Source of the DNA: Octopus sinensis
Lineage: Eukaryota
Reading direction: 5' to 3'
Assembly (NCBI RefSeq): GCF_006345805.1
Contig: NC_043007.1
Location: forward strand, 32,302,001-32,366,000
Length of the DNA: 64,000 bases
The position numbers and the translations under genes were made by a program. The notes under the pieces were generated by a model, which worked only from the letters and a program-made list of their open reading frames with translations, ran no database searches and was not told where the DNA came from. Below, piece by piece: positions 37,214-50,699 of this stretch; the stretch's first letter is position 1, and the number at the start of each line of letters is the position of its first letter.

Positions 37214-37756
37214 TATATATATATCCACACACTGCACACACAGACACAACATATATACCCACATATCAAACTCTGAAACATGGAAAACTAAGCAGAAATA
37301 TCTCATACCATAAAACTATATATGTACATGCGTCTGAGTATGCATGTATAATGTCTATATATACACACACACACAGAGGCTCACATCCTAACATATTTCT
37401 ATATATATATATATGTGATTACATGCAATGACTAACTGCAAGACGTCACAAACATTATTCATATCAGACGGACTGTTGCCAATCTACAATTACGAAAAGT
37501 CAGCACTATTTACGAAATCCAAGACTAAAACAATAACCACAACACAGCATTATTTTCCGTTTCATGTTGAAACACAACTCTGTGGTGTTGCCCCAATACT
37601 ACCAAGTACCTTGTGTTTATTACACAATCCATACACAAACAATATATTGCATAATCCCAAATGAGGAAACGATTAAAACCGGACAGATAACATAAAGCCA
37701 TCAGCTGTTGTGAACACAAATAACATCAAATAACAACAACAAACAATGGTTTCGAA

Positions 37757-38215
37757 TTTTGACACAAGGCCAGCAATTCGAGGGGTGGTGGAGTCAGATA
37801 CACCTTGAAAGGGACGAAAGGCAAAGTCGACCTCGGTGGAATTTGAACTCGGAACATAATGACAGATGAAATATCATTAAGTATTCTGCTCGGCATGCTA
37901 ACGATTCTGCCAGCTAGCAACCTTATCATTTTTTCATATAAAGATATTACAAATACCCATTTCTTTATTACCCACAAGGGTAAACATAAAGGGGACAAAC
38001 AAGGATGGACAAAGGGATTAAGTCAATTACATCGACCCCAGAGTGTAACTTGTACTTATTTAATCGACCCTGAAAGGACGAAAGGCAAAGTCGACCTCGG
38101 CAGAATTTGAACTCGGAACATAATGACGGATGAAATGTCGTTAAGTATTTTGCTTGCCGTGCTAACGATTCTACCAGCTAGCAACCTAATCGTTTGTCAT
38201 ACGAAGATATTACAA
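37757..38215 (-). mobile_element. SINE family A chimeric duplication
   Basis: Two heads with shared non-consensus bases plus about 30 nt of shared flank, but different 3' modules. Confidence 0.75.
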
Positions 38216-38838
38216 ATATTACAAAGATACTACAAACTATTTGCCTGATAAGCACATTTGAATTGCAGGGAATTCTGGGTATCTACTGGAGGCTCTGAAA
38301 AGATCTTATCTTTGCTATTAAGGAAGTTTCATCAACTGAAGTTTATTAAATGCATAAAATATCTTATGAAAAGTACAATCTTCGCCTTCCTCCCCCCCCC
38401 ACGACCATCCTCTTTCTTTCTTCTTTCTTCCTGTATTTTCTTTTTCATTTTAAACAAGATTGATTGCACAAAATATTGCTTTCTGATTAGAGAGTTGCAT
38501 GTTACTACATAACCACCACCCCACCACCTCCTCCTCCTTAGCGTACTTTTAAGATGAAATTCATTCAGAACTTGACATATTACAAGAATCTGTAAAATAA
38601 ATTTAGAAAAAACATTTTATATATATATACACCACCACACAACACCATATGTAATTATATACACAACACACACACACACAAACACCATGTATATATATAT
38701 ATAATATATATACACCCACCACACAACACACATATGTATATAATATATACACCACACACACACTGATATATATATACACACACACCACACATCATATATA
38801 TATATATACACACACACACACACTCATAGTATATATAG

Positions 38839-38874
<36 letters not shown>

Positions 38875-38927
38875 TGTATATATATATATACACACACACA
38901 CAATGTATTATATATATACACACACAC

Positions 38928-38980
<53 letters not shown>

Positions 38981-40458
38981 GAGAAAGAGATGCTTCAGTT
39001 TAAAATTGTCTTCTAATGTAAAACCTTTTTTTATATATATATATGATGAATAGAACTTTCAATTTGCAGGTGAAAGATTTCTTCTCTGGATATAAGAATA
39101 GTAATGAAAAAAAAAACACAAAACAAAAAAAAGAACACACCGGTATTAGTTTTCACCTTATTTTCCTGTTTCCTGTACATAATCCACCACCACCACCGCC
39201 ACCACCACGATTACACTGATATTGCTCTTACTGCCACCGCCGCCACCACAATGTCGAAATGTTGATAACACTCAAATTACACTAAATAATCTCGATGCAA
39301 TAAGCATTTTCACGGTATCCAATTTACTAAGTTCTTTATCGGTTCTTTCAATGTCAACGAAGTAAAAATAAACGAACAAGTAAAAAAGGACTTAGATAAA
39401 TATATAAAACATTATTAGCAATCTTGACTTTGAATTTCCAGGTTGAATATTTAAAAAAAAAAAAAAAATTAAATCTATTTGTAGCACAAGAACCATTTTG
39501 GAGGCCCCACAACTTCTTGTGACTAAGCACTAATCTTGAATGTTCGTTAATGATTTAAAGTACTGGTAGATTATTTCATTCATCATCATCATCATTTACC
39601 ATCCGTTGCCCATGCTGGCATGGGTTGGATGGTTTGACTGGGGTTGGTAAGCTGGAAGGCTGCACCAGACTCCAGTCTGATTTATTCATTATCATCGTTT
39701 AGGGTCCGTTTTCCGTGCTAGTACGGGTTGGACGGTTCAACCGGGGTCAGGGAAGCCAGGAGGCTGCACCAGGCTCCAATCTCGTCTGGCAGTGTTTCTA
39801 CAGCTGGATGCCCTTCCTAACGCCAACCACTCCAAGAGTGTAGTGGGTGCTTTTTACATGCCACCGGCACAGGTGCCAGGGGAGGCTGGCAACAGCCACG
39901 ATCGGTTGGTGCTTTTTACGTGTCACCAGCACAGAAGCCAGTCAAGGTAGCGCTGGCATCAGCCACGTTCGGATGGTGCTTTTTACGTGCCACTGGCACA
40001 GGTATTACATCTACAATTTCCATTTGATATTTATTTTGATGTTGATGTACTTGACTCAGTATATCAGAAAATACTATTATAAAACTTTATAAATTGCAGT
40101 GCATATGACATGATATTTAGTTATTAGAAGCAGTAATTTGAGATGGAAAAGTGAATCCGGTCCATGACACAAACCATGTGTCAATCGTTACATGTCTTAA
40201 TTAATCACATTCAGAAGTTGTCCTAAAAGTACAGAATAACCTAGAATGTCAGTAACACTCGTAATCTATGCCGACTGCACTAACTGTATTTTCTTGGCAT
40301 ACAAGTTGAGTTTTTCAGACCAGAATTTACAGTTAAAAATGACAGGTTGACTTACACACCAAGATGGCTTTAGAGGACCAAAAATTCCATGTGAAATGCA
40401 GCAGGATTTAGAAAGTTAGTGATGATGTGTAACTGTTTATACTATGTACTGCTGCTAC

Positions 40459-40590
40459 CTGGGCTGTGGAGTCAAAACAAAAAAAACTTTGACTCCAACT
40501 CCTCTATGTAATTAAGTGATTGTGGTCTATTTTACCGACTCCAACTCCAGGAACCCCTTAATTGTTTCCGATTCCAACTTTACAGCCCTG
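40459..40590. mobile_element. hAT-type MITE with GACTCC sub-terminal repeats
   Basis: 8-bp TSD GCTGCTAC (40451-40458, 40591-40598); TIR CTGGGCTGT/ACAGCCCTG. Confidence 0.85.
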
Positions 40591-41295
40591 GCTGCTACTA
40601 CTACCTACTTGAGCTGGATCTGACCAACAAGCTCGGAGTTTCAGTGGGAATACAAGTTGACATGTAGTTCCCCATCACATGCAGACTTTGGGATGATGTG
40701 ATCCACAGCAGTTTATCTTGCTGTCGATTGTCGACCATTGCAGAGGATTCACTGACCAAGTCACCCCTGGTTATCAGACCATACATAGCCTATGCTTGAA
40801 ACAGATTCTGGAGACATGCTTTAACAAGGGTTAAGGGGTGCCTCATACCCAGTAGTCTTCCAGCACACCAGGCACCAACTTGGAATTTCTAAGGGGCCCA
40901 CTCATGCTATATACCATGTCAGTTTATATGCTACAAAAGACAGGAATATAAAAATTGTTATTTAACCCTTGGACTCATTAGGCCAGTTACTCAGTTTCCA
41001 TGGTCTACAAGTGACTGTGATCACATTCCCTGAATGGGATGCCAGTCCAATGCAGGGTTCAAAGCCATCGATTTTGGAAAGGAGGACGAGGAGACAAGTT
41101 GATTGCATCAACCCCAATATATGACTGGTTCTTTATTTTATCGACCCTGAAGAGACAAAAGAGAAAGATGACCTCAGCAGGATTTGAACTCAGAACCTAA
41201 AGAGTCAGAAGAAATGCTTCTGTAATACCGTTCACTGGTTATTAAGAAGAGTTTATTCTTTTCTAGAATTTCATTCCTCACTTGTGTTTTCGCAG

Positions 41296-41464
41296 CAGAC
41301 GCCGACTTGTAGTGATTCAGACCAGATGAGAACTGTACCAAATTAATCTCATCAAGGTCATGCAGGTCATGACCTGCAGAGGTCATGGCTCCTTTCCCAT
41401 CTCTGCTAAACGATATAAAAAGAAATGCTAAATGTTACATGAGAATACTGTACCTCACTGCCAG
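41296..41464 (+). other. Candidate exon followed by a 102-nt intron (41465-41566)
   Basis: Acceptor ttgtgttttcgcag|cag, donor CAG|gtaaat, branch-like TACTAAC (41488) and TACTGAC (41514), acceptor ttttgttctccttcag|G. All frames read from the acceptor have stops; a late ATG at 41385 opens MAPFPSLLNDIKRNAKCYMRILYLTA. Confidence 0.4.
41352..41385. promoter_or_regulatory. Cluster of four perfect AGGTCA nuclear-receptor half-sites
   Basis: TCAAGGTCA-tgc-AGGTCA-TGACCT-gcag-AGGTCA. Confidence 0.4.
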
Positions 41465-42116
41465 GTAAATATGGCATTTTCTCAAACTACTAACAAGGAA
41501 CTGCAGTTCCAACTACTGACCAGCTTATTAACAATGTGTTATCTCTACTGTTTGTTCTCCTTCAGGTTACACACGCTATCTGTATATGGTGCAGGTGCGA
41601 CTGAGTGGTAGGAAGCTTGCTTCATAACAACATGGTTCCGGGTTCAGTCCCATTGCATGGCACCTTGGGCAAGTGTCTTCTACTGTGGCCTCGGGCTGAC
41701 CGAAGTCTTGTGAGTGGATTTGGCAGACAGAAATTGAAAGAAGCCCTGTGTGTGTGTGTGTGCATGTGTATGTTGTGTGTGCATGTGTGTATGTGAATGT
41801 GTGTGCGTGTGTGTGTATGTGCGTGTGTGTGTGCAGGTGTATGTATGTGTGTATGCGCGTGTATGTGAATGTGTGTGCATGTGTGTGTGTTTGTGTCTGT
41901 TTTGTTCCTCACCACTGTTTGACAACCAGTGTTGGTGTGTTTACATCTCTGCAACTTAGCAGTTTAGCAAAAATGACCAATAAAATGAGCACCTGGCTTA
42001 AAAGAAAACAAAACAAGTACCTGGTTCAATTCATTCGACTAAGAATTTTTTTAAGGCAGTGCTCCAGAATGGTTGCAGTCTAAGGACTGTAACAAGTAAA
42101 AGATAAAAGATATATT

Positions 42117-42445
42117 ATCATCGCCATCCATCATTTTGAATCCAGGTTTTGTCCTCATTAATGGGGATTGCTGGATCAACCTCAATGCCGTAGCAACAGC
42201 CCTCACACCATCTCGCCTTCTTGCCTGGTTTGGGGTGTGCCCCCTTCTCAAGCCAACCCTCCCAATCTTCTCCCCCACCTGTCCCCTCCATATTTTCCTC
42301 AGTCTACCCCGCTTCCGCTGTCCATTTACCTCAAACCCTAGCATCCTCTTCAGAACATGCTCCTTATCCCTCCTCAACACATACCCATACCACCGCACTC
42401 TATTTGCCCTAATTATCCCAAAGATGTCCACAGTGGTGTTGAAAG
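42117..42445 (-). mobile_element. RTE ORF2 C-terminal fragment, fourth family
   Basis: IIRANRVRWYGYVLRRDKEHVLKRMLGFEVNGQRKRGRLRKIW; (ATG)n-like tail. Confidence 0.8.
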
Positions 42446-43237
42446 TTAACAATTATAATTAATTGCACTAACGATCTCTTCCTAACCAGGACCAAAACTA
42501 ACACTGACTGGTCATTACACAGGAAATTTAAATAACATTATCAGTGTAAATTTCTTAATTAATTATCTAAGTCAAACACATGGAGGATTGGTTAGTTTAC
42601 AGTACATGCTGGCCTTTAACAGATAATGTAATACCAATGTTCTAACACCATTTACGGTTCCTTACAACCTGAAGAAGGCAATTTGGATATTGCAATATGA
42701 AACTGTAAAGCTCAATAAAACACTCTTCAGTTAAACAGTGCACCCACTAATTACAGAAGAATGCCATGCTTTACGACTTCTACACACAATGTTGTCTATT
42801 CTAAATTTTCTTCAGCTGGAGAGTTAGTTGTGCCAGGAATGTAAGATATGCTGAAGTTCTCACTCAACACTATGCCACTTAATCTATTTTTATTTCAATC
42901 AACATAAAACCTTTGATAAATACAACTTTAAAGGATTTTTTTTCTCTTCTTTCTCAGTAAATAAAACACAATTTGGCATTTCTGGAAGTCAAAGAATCCT
43001 GTTTTTAATGAACCCAGGCTTCGGGTGCTGAATTCAACTTCAGTGCTCCTTTGATAAATGCCTTAAAAATAATTTTAATATAGATACATAGTTGTGTGGT
43101 TAAGAAGCTTATTGTAACCATATGGTCTCAGGTTCAGTCCCACAGTGTGACACCTTGTGCTAGTATCTTCATTTATAGTTGTGGGGCAACTAAAGCCTTG
43201 TGAGTGGATATGACATATAGTAGCTGAAAGAAGCTTG

Positions 43238-43271
<34 letters not shown>

Positions 43272-44041
43272 CTGTGCATCGCCTTACTGGCACTTCTGCC
43301 CCGTGCGGGTAGGGTGCTAAGAGCACCATCCAACCGTGATCGTTGCCAGAGCGACTAACTGGCTTCCATGCCGGTGGCATGTAAAAAGCACCATTCGAGC
43401 GTGGTCAATGCCAGTGCTACCGGACTGACTCCCATGCCAGAGGCATGTAAAAAGCACCCACTACACTCTCGGAGTGGTTAGCATTAGGAAAGGCATCGAG
43501 CTGTAAAAACCTTAACAGATCAGATTGGAGCCTGGCGCAGCCTCCTGGTTTGCCAGATCTCAATCAAACCATCCAACCCATGCCAGCATGGAAAAATGAC
43601 GTTAAACAATGATGACGATCATCATCGTTATCATTATCGAGATAATACATGATTAAATTCACAACGATGTGAATAAATAAGCATCACCACATTTGACAGA
43701 ATAATATGAATGCTAAAGAGTTAAAGAATTTGCATGGCTACAGGAAGACATTTGGAGAGAGAAACTCTGAAAAATGTTTGTGAATAAAAGGTTTTGAGGA
43801 AAAGCAATTACAGAATTACTGGGAGACACAGAAACTGCCGTCATTATAGTGAAAGAGGCCAGTGAAAGACATATTTAATTGGTTTTTCAGGAACTGATGA
43901 GTGTTAGTTTAATTAATCACACTGCAGTCTAATTAACTCCAAAATAGCATGAGGCAACAATTGACGATGAATAATAAATTCATTTTGTCAACTCAGAATA
44001 AAGTCAAGCAACATTGTAAATGGGAGTAAAGGGAACATGAG

Positions 44042-44227
44042 TTAACCCTTTAGTCTTTAAACTAGCCATATCCAGCCTTTCACACCTACCCTACAATGTC
44101 ATTCTAAAAATAAACAACCACGTCATCGAAATCTCGAAGCTATGAGATAATCCCGTGATTAATTAAAAACAATGTGGATAAATGAGGATTACATTTGAAT
44201 GAGTAATCTGAATGCTTAAAGAGTTAA
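44042..44227. mobile_element. piggyBac-like MITE E
   Basis: TTAACCCTTTAG ... TAAAGAG-TTAA; internal match to 3711-3922. Another copy at about 54519-54743. Confidence 0.75.
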
Positions 44228-44812
44228 TAACTAATTCTCGGCCATCAATTCATCTTGGCTTTGACAATAAATTTCATTTAGATTCCCTAAAACACCTTGG
44301 TTATTCAAACACACTATTCTGGCTCCGTTTCAAGCCTTTCTTTCATCAATGGGCAATTTAACAAAATAGACCTAAAGGTAGTTCATTGCAGTCAGTCAGC
44401 ATAATAATGCCGGAGCTCCTGTGTACACAGAAATTAACAATACAATAATATATATAAATAGTTGCTTCTCTGTCCACGTTTCAAATACAAACAGAACTAC
44501 AGTTTATTTTAGGTGTGGGTGGAGGGGGGCAATAGATAAAAAAGGGATTATAAAGCGTTTGAGTGGTGGAATTGTAATCTGTAAGGATTACTTCTTTGTT
44601 GAATTCTGAGAGTGACAATTATGGTAGTGAATAAGTTGAAACAGTGCCAAATCAATACTATCACTACTATAACCAAAAGCCCAATATATATATATATATA
44701 TATAATGTTTGGCAAAGTGAGTTTCAACAATTACATAAAAATTTTTCTCTCCATTCAGAAACAAAATATTATATGTATAACAATATAATGCAGTAACAGT
44801 GATCTTTCACAT

Positions 44813-45547
44813 AAGTGAGGGTTGGGGACAGGAATGGCATCCAGCTGTAGGAAAATCCATCTCAACTAATTCTGACAAACCCATGCGAGCATAGAAAAAG
44901 TGACCATTAAAATGATGATGGTGATAGCCGGACAGTATAAAATAAATAAATGCACCCTTTTAAAGCCTAGCCTGGCTCATGGGCCTGGTTTCCCGGTTTC
45001 TATGGCGTATGTGTTCCCAGCTGGATGGGATGCCAGTCCATCGCAGCGTTACTCCTTTTTGCCAGCTTAGTGGACTGGAGCAATGTGAAATGAAGTGTTT
45101 TGCTTAAGAACACAACGTGTCGCCCGGTCCAGGAATCGAAACCACATTCTTACGATCATGATGCTGACACCCTAACCACTAAGCCACGTGCCTCCACAGC
45201 TGGACAGTATACACCTAGTAAAATACTTGCTTTAGAAATCTAGTTACTTCATAGTAACTGGGAAACCGGGCCCATGAGCCTGGCTAGGCTTGAAAAGGGC
45301 ACATAAATAATAAAATGAGGGTTGGGGACAGGAATGGCATCCAGCTGTAGGAAAATCCATCTCAACTAATTTTGACTAACCCATACGAGCATAGAAAAAG
45401 TGACCATTAAAACGATGATGGAGATAGCCGGTGATAAATTTCGGGGTCAATAAATACTGACACCTTAACTACTAAGCCACGCATCTCCACAGCCGGACAG
45501 TATACACCTAGTAAAATACTTGCTTTAGAAATCTAGTTACTTCATAG
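44813..45547. repeat. Complex local duplication around a SINE C insertion
   Basis: Blocks 44815-44930 and 45315-45430 are duplicated, as are 45163-45254 and 45458-45547; TSD agc(c/t)ggacagtata at 44926, 45198, 45491. Confidence 0.85.
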
Positions 45548-45892
45548 CCCAGATACACTAACAATGTGTTTTTATGAGCAGAACAAAGATAACCAGTTCA
45601 AAATAACACATCAACAAATGATTTATCACACTGTGTAGTTTCTCCTCTGTTCATGTCATAAGCTAGACTGGTGTATTGTTGTCATTACAAATGGCATCCA
45701 ATTACGATGACAACATGACAATAGAGAGGCATAATAGACAGAGTGTTGCATGAATGAATCAATAATACAATGATCATTGTCATCGTCATCATTTCAATGC
45801 CCACTTTTTTGTTGAGGCAGATTTTCTATGGCCAGATGCCCTTCCTGTCACCAACTCTCATCTGTTTTGAAGTAAGGCAATATTTCCTCATG

Positions 45893-46280
45893 ACTAAGGC
45901 AGTGAGCTGGCAGAAACGTTAGCACGCTGGGCGATATGCTTAGCGGTATTTCGTCAGCCACTACATTCTGAGTTCAAATTCCGCAGAGGTTGACTTTGCC
46001 TTTCATCCTTTCAGGGTTGATAAATTAAGTACCAGTTACTTACTGGGGTCAATATAATTGACTTAATCCATTTGTCTGTCCTTGTTTGTCCTCTCTGAAT
46101 TTAGCCCCTTGTGGGTAATAAAGAAATAGGTATTTCGTCAGCCGCTACGTTCTGAGTTCAAATTCCGTCGAGGTCAACTCTGCCTTTCATCCTTTTGAGG
46201 TCGATTAAATAAGTACCAGTTATGCACTGGGGTCAATACAATCGACTTAATCCATTTGTCTGTCCTTGTTTGTCCCCAAG
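45893..46280 (+). mobile_element. SINE family A, two-unit tandem
   Basis: Head ggcagtgagctggcagaaacgttag; junction aaagaaatag|gtatttcgtc at 46129/46130. Confidence 0.88.
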
Positions 46281-47396
46281 GGATAGATGTGAGTGTCGCT
46301 GTCATGCCAGGCATGCCCTTCATTTTGAATCAGTCTGTCTGGATGATGGAGCAATATTACTTCACTTGGAAATAGGCGAAAATTAGTGGCAGAGAAGATA
46401 TCCAGCCATAGGAAGTTCAGAAAATGGACGCTAAAACAATGATGATGATGTTACGTGTGAATGTGTGTGTGTGCATGCACATACCTATACACACACACAC
46501 TGATGCTTCCTTCTCTTACACTCTCCTGTCTTAGCAAGAACTTTTTCTTCAGCCATTCCTTTCCAGTCATTTCCAAATTTCTGGCAGAGGGAATTGCATC
46601 ATGGTGCTGCTTATCTCACAGATGGTGACCAACTGACCCTGCTATAGTGTGTAGTCAATAAAAAATAAAAAATATAAAATGGCGATAATCTACCCATTGC
46701 ACCCTATTTATATATATGTATGTATGTATATATGTGTATGTATGTATGTATATGTATATGTATGTATTTCTCATTTATATACCTTTTCATTCCTACATAA
46801 CTACAATAATCTTAGAATATATTGTTTTTACATTCCATGATTATTTCTGTTTTGATAACTTTCTCCTTCCTCTTTTTATACTTTATCTAATAAGAATAAT
46901 ATAATACACCTAATAATAATAATTGATTCCTTGGTAAGCATATACATATACATATGAATATAAAAACAGAGAAATATATGTACATGTGTTTATGTATGTT
47001 TATGTGTACATATGTATAAGTGTGTATATGTGTATGTATTTGTATTTATAATTTAACCTTATGAACTTTCCAAGCTCTCTGCCAAAGCCCAGAGACACAC
47101 CCAAGTACCTAAATCTTATCTGCCAAATACTTCAGTTCATTGAAAGGATACAAGTAGATTGGGGGTACTTTGACCTCTTGGCTGAAACAGCTGTAAGATA
47201 TTATCTATCTTTTGTGATCTACATTATATATTTTAATAATTACTGGTATTTTTTATATATTGAATATGTAAAGCAGAATATGCTATACATGTATGTATAT
47301 TGTTATAATGGGTTTTTTTTTAAATACATAAATAGACATAATATAATGTCTAAAAGTTGATGAATACCACCTCTTGACCCCTCCATTTTCTTATTG

Positions 47397-47399
<3 letters not shown>

Positions 47400-47437
<38 letters not shown>

Positions 47438-47526
47438 AGACAACAAAGTGTGCATACGCCACTATATATATATATAACCAGCACACAATCTCAGATCAGG
47501 TCACTTGCTATGCAAGTACATCTCCG

Positions 47527-47581
<55 letters not shown>

Positions 47582-47615
47582 GTTATATATATATATATAT
47601 ATAATATATATATAG

Positions 47616-47669
<54 letters not shown>

Positions 47670-47709
47670 ATATGATATATATATATATATATATTATATA
47701 CTATATGTA

Positions 47710-47748
<39 letters not shown>

Positions 47749-48080
47749 ATCTAAAAATATATAGGTATATATATATATTATAATATATAATTTATAATAT
47801 ATATATATATATATATATTAAATAATGATATAATATATATATAATATAATATATATATATATTATATAAAGGTTATATATATATATAATAAGATATATAT
47901 ATATAATAATATATGTATATATATCATATCAGGTATAAATATTATAAATATAATATATATGTATAAGATATATGTATAGATCATATTATATATATATATA
48001 TATTATATAATATATATATATATATATAAATGTATATATATGTAATAACATATATATATATATATATATATATAAAATAC
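47400..48080. repeat. Long degenerate (TA)n tract
   Basis: About 0.65 kb of almost pure A/T. Confidence 0.97.
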
Positions 48081-50699
48081 AAAATGGGGCAAGAATGCAA
48101 ACATCCGGACAACTAAGTTATACAAAAGGGACAACAAAACATCCAGATAGACAATACAAAAAAACAAGGATGGGTCATTCGAAGCTTTTTATCCTCAGTC
48201 AAGAACTGGATCATCCTCACAATTTCGGCTGAATAATATATATATATATTTATGTATGTATGTATGTATGCATGTATGTATATAGCCAGAAGCACGCACA
48301 AATGCATATGTACTCACATGACTCGCACGCTTACAATAAACTATATATAATGAGCAAACATGAGATAAATAAGCTGATGAAGGCCAGGTTTTTCCTTTTT
48401 GATATTTACTTTGAAAATGAGCTGAAATGAAAACATTCAAACAGGGCATGTGTCTGTATAAATAGAACCTTTTTATCATAGTTTACCGACTATGGACCGA
48501 AGTAATTACCTATGGCAAAGGGAATAGCAAGACAACAAATACAAAACCGGAAGATACCAAATCAATTAGTACCGGCTGGTAATACACATTTAGCATGATT
48601 TGTCCTTTCATAACAACAGACATGTTGTCGGAAAGAAAACTGGTCGTACAAAGGAAGGTTAAGAAACAATGCAAGAAAAGAGCAAAGACTCCAATGTTTT
48701 TTATCTTTTATCTTTCATGATATTGATTTATGTTCATTAAATTGCAAGGCCATCAGGTTTGATAGATTTTTTTTATTGCTTCTTGTATTTGTTTCAGTCA
48801 TTTGACTGCGACCATACTGGGGCACCGCCTTAAAGGATTGCACGTAAAATGCACCAACTGATCGTGGCCATTGCCAGCCTCCTCTGGCACCTGTGCCGGT
48901 GGTACGTAAAAAGCACCCACTACACTCACGGAGTGGTTGGCGTTAGGAAGGGCATTCAGCTGTAGAAACACTGCCAGATCAGACTGGAGCCTGGTACAGC
49001 CTCCTGGCTTCCCGACCCCGGTCGAACCATCCAACCCATGCTAGCATGGAAAGCAGACATTAAACGATGATGATGTTGATGATGATGATGAGTGGATCGG
49101 AACAACACAAAATGAAATGTTTTGCTCAAGAACCCAATGCATTGCCTGGTCCAGGAATTGAAACTACACTCTTACGATCATGAGTTCCACACCCTAACCA
49201 CTAAGCCACGTGCCTCCACATCAAATGCTGTTACTATGGCTGTCACTAGAAACTGGATAGGACTTGAATGTACGTACCATGCTTTCACAAATTATTTTAG
49301 CTGCCTGTGTAGTCGTGAGCAGACATAGAGACACATTCTCACCTTTTATCCAATGGAACTGTATGCATGTGATAGGTGGAGAGGAAGAGAAAGAGATGGC
49401 TACACCAGCACTTAGCTGGCCCTTATTTCAGTTGAGAAATTCTTGGGTCATATGTGCCTGGTTCGAGGATATGATGTCCAGCTTGGTCCAGTAATTGAAC
49501 CCATGAAACCAGTGCCCTAATTACTATACTACACACTTTCACATGTGTGCATGCATACATGTGTGTGTGTGTTTATACATTGTATACACTGCCATATATA
49601 TATATTTTCATTTAGAGATAATAGGCCCCTTCATCTCACCACGAAGGGGCCTACTATCTCTAAATGAATATATATATTTCCTCAATGAGAATAATTTGAA
49701 CCCCAGTTATGCCAGAATTTTTATTCCCTAACAAATAAAATTATATATGTGTGTGTGTGTGTGTGTGTGTATATACATGTCATACACCTTCATATATATG
49801 TGTGTGTGTGTGTATGCTTTACTTCTATATACACATACATCACACACCTTCATATATACGGGTGTATCTATGTATACATCACACACCTTCACATATGTTT
49901 ATGTATGTAAATGTCTTTCACTGATGTATAAACAGCCAAAGATGTAAACATTGGCAATAAAACTGGTGCTTTCAAACAAAAAATACCCTGCAGCAATTAC
50001 CCTACCTAAATTGCACAGATGCCAATTTTGAAACCCATCCCATCATAAACGCAGTGAGCTAGTGGCCGGTCCATTGAAAACCTGATCAAGGATGCCATTT
50101 ATAGTTTGCAATAATGTAACAGGGAATAAATTTTAGAAATAAATTTATGAAATGGTTTCAACTGGCAACAAGAAATGGATTGCAGACTTGGCAAATGAGA
50201 GTTTAGCGCTTGCCATAGAGACATAAATAATAATATTAAAAACTGAGGAATGGCAAGAAATGTCAGGTAAATCCTGAAAAAAAGAAGCTGAGTTGCATTG
50301 CTCTTTTGCAAATTGTGTGCTACAAAGCTATGCTATATTTTTAATCAGTACCAACAGCCAAGAGTAGAGTGAGAAAGAAGAGTTTGTAGGGTGAGGTGGG
50401 AAGAAGAAAAAAAAAGACAAAATTAAAAAGATTAATAACAAGAATAACGACAACAACAATGATAACGAAAATAGCTGAAAGAAATAGAAGGCAAACCCTG
50501 CTTGCTTAGAGTGATGGTATGATGGTTGGGTGGTGGGGAAAAGGTTTAGCAGAGAAGCTAAAACTTGGAAAGACAGGATGTGTGGAAGTCGTTGCAGTGT
50601 GGGAGGGAGGCAGACACGAAAGACACAGAGAGGTGGTTTACGGATGATTAAAAAGAAATTTTTAAAAAGAGAAAGAAAGAAAGAAAGAAGGAAGATGAA

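Noticed and set aside
48170-48235. Minus-strand CTGAGGA...GAAT and GCCGAAA motifs, possible hammerhead in a Penelope-like repeat
   Set aside because: No convincing stem II between CUGAGGA and a GAAA; the partner core of the other GAAA is lost in microsatellite.
50150-50272. Plus-strand frame MVSTGNKKWIADLANESLALAIET*IIILKTEEWQEMS ending at a CAG|GTAAAT donor
   Set aside because: In-frame stop, no usable acceptor and no recognisable homology.
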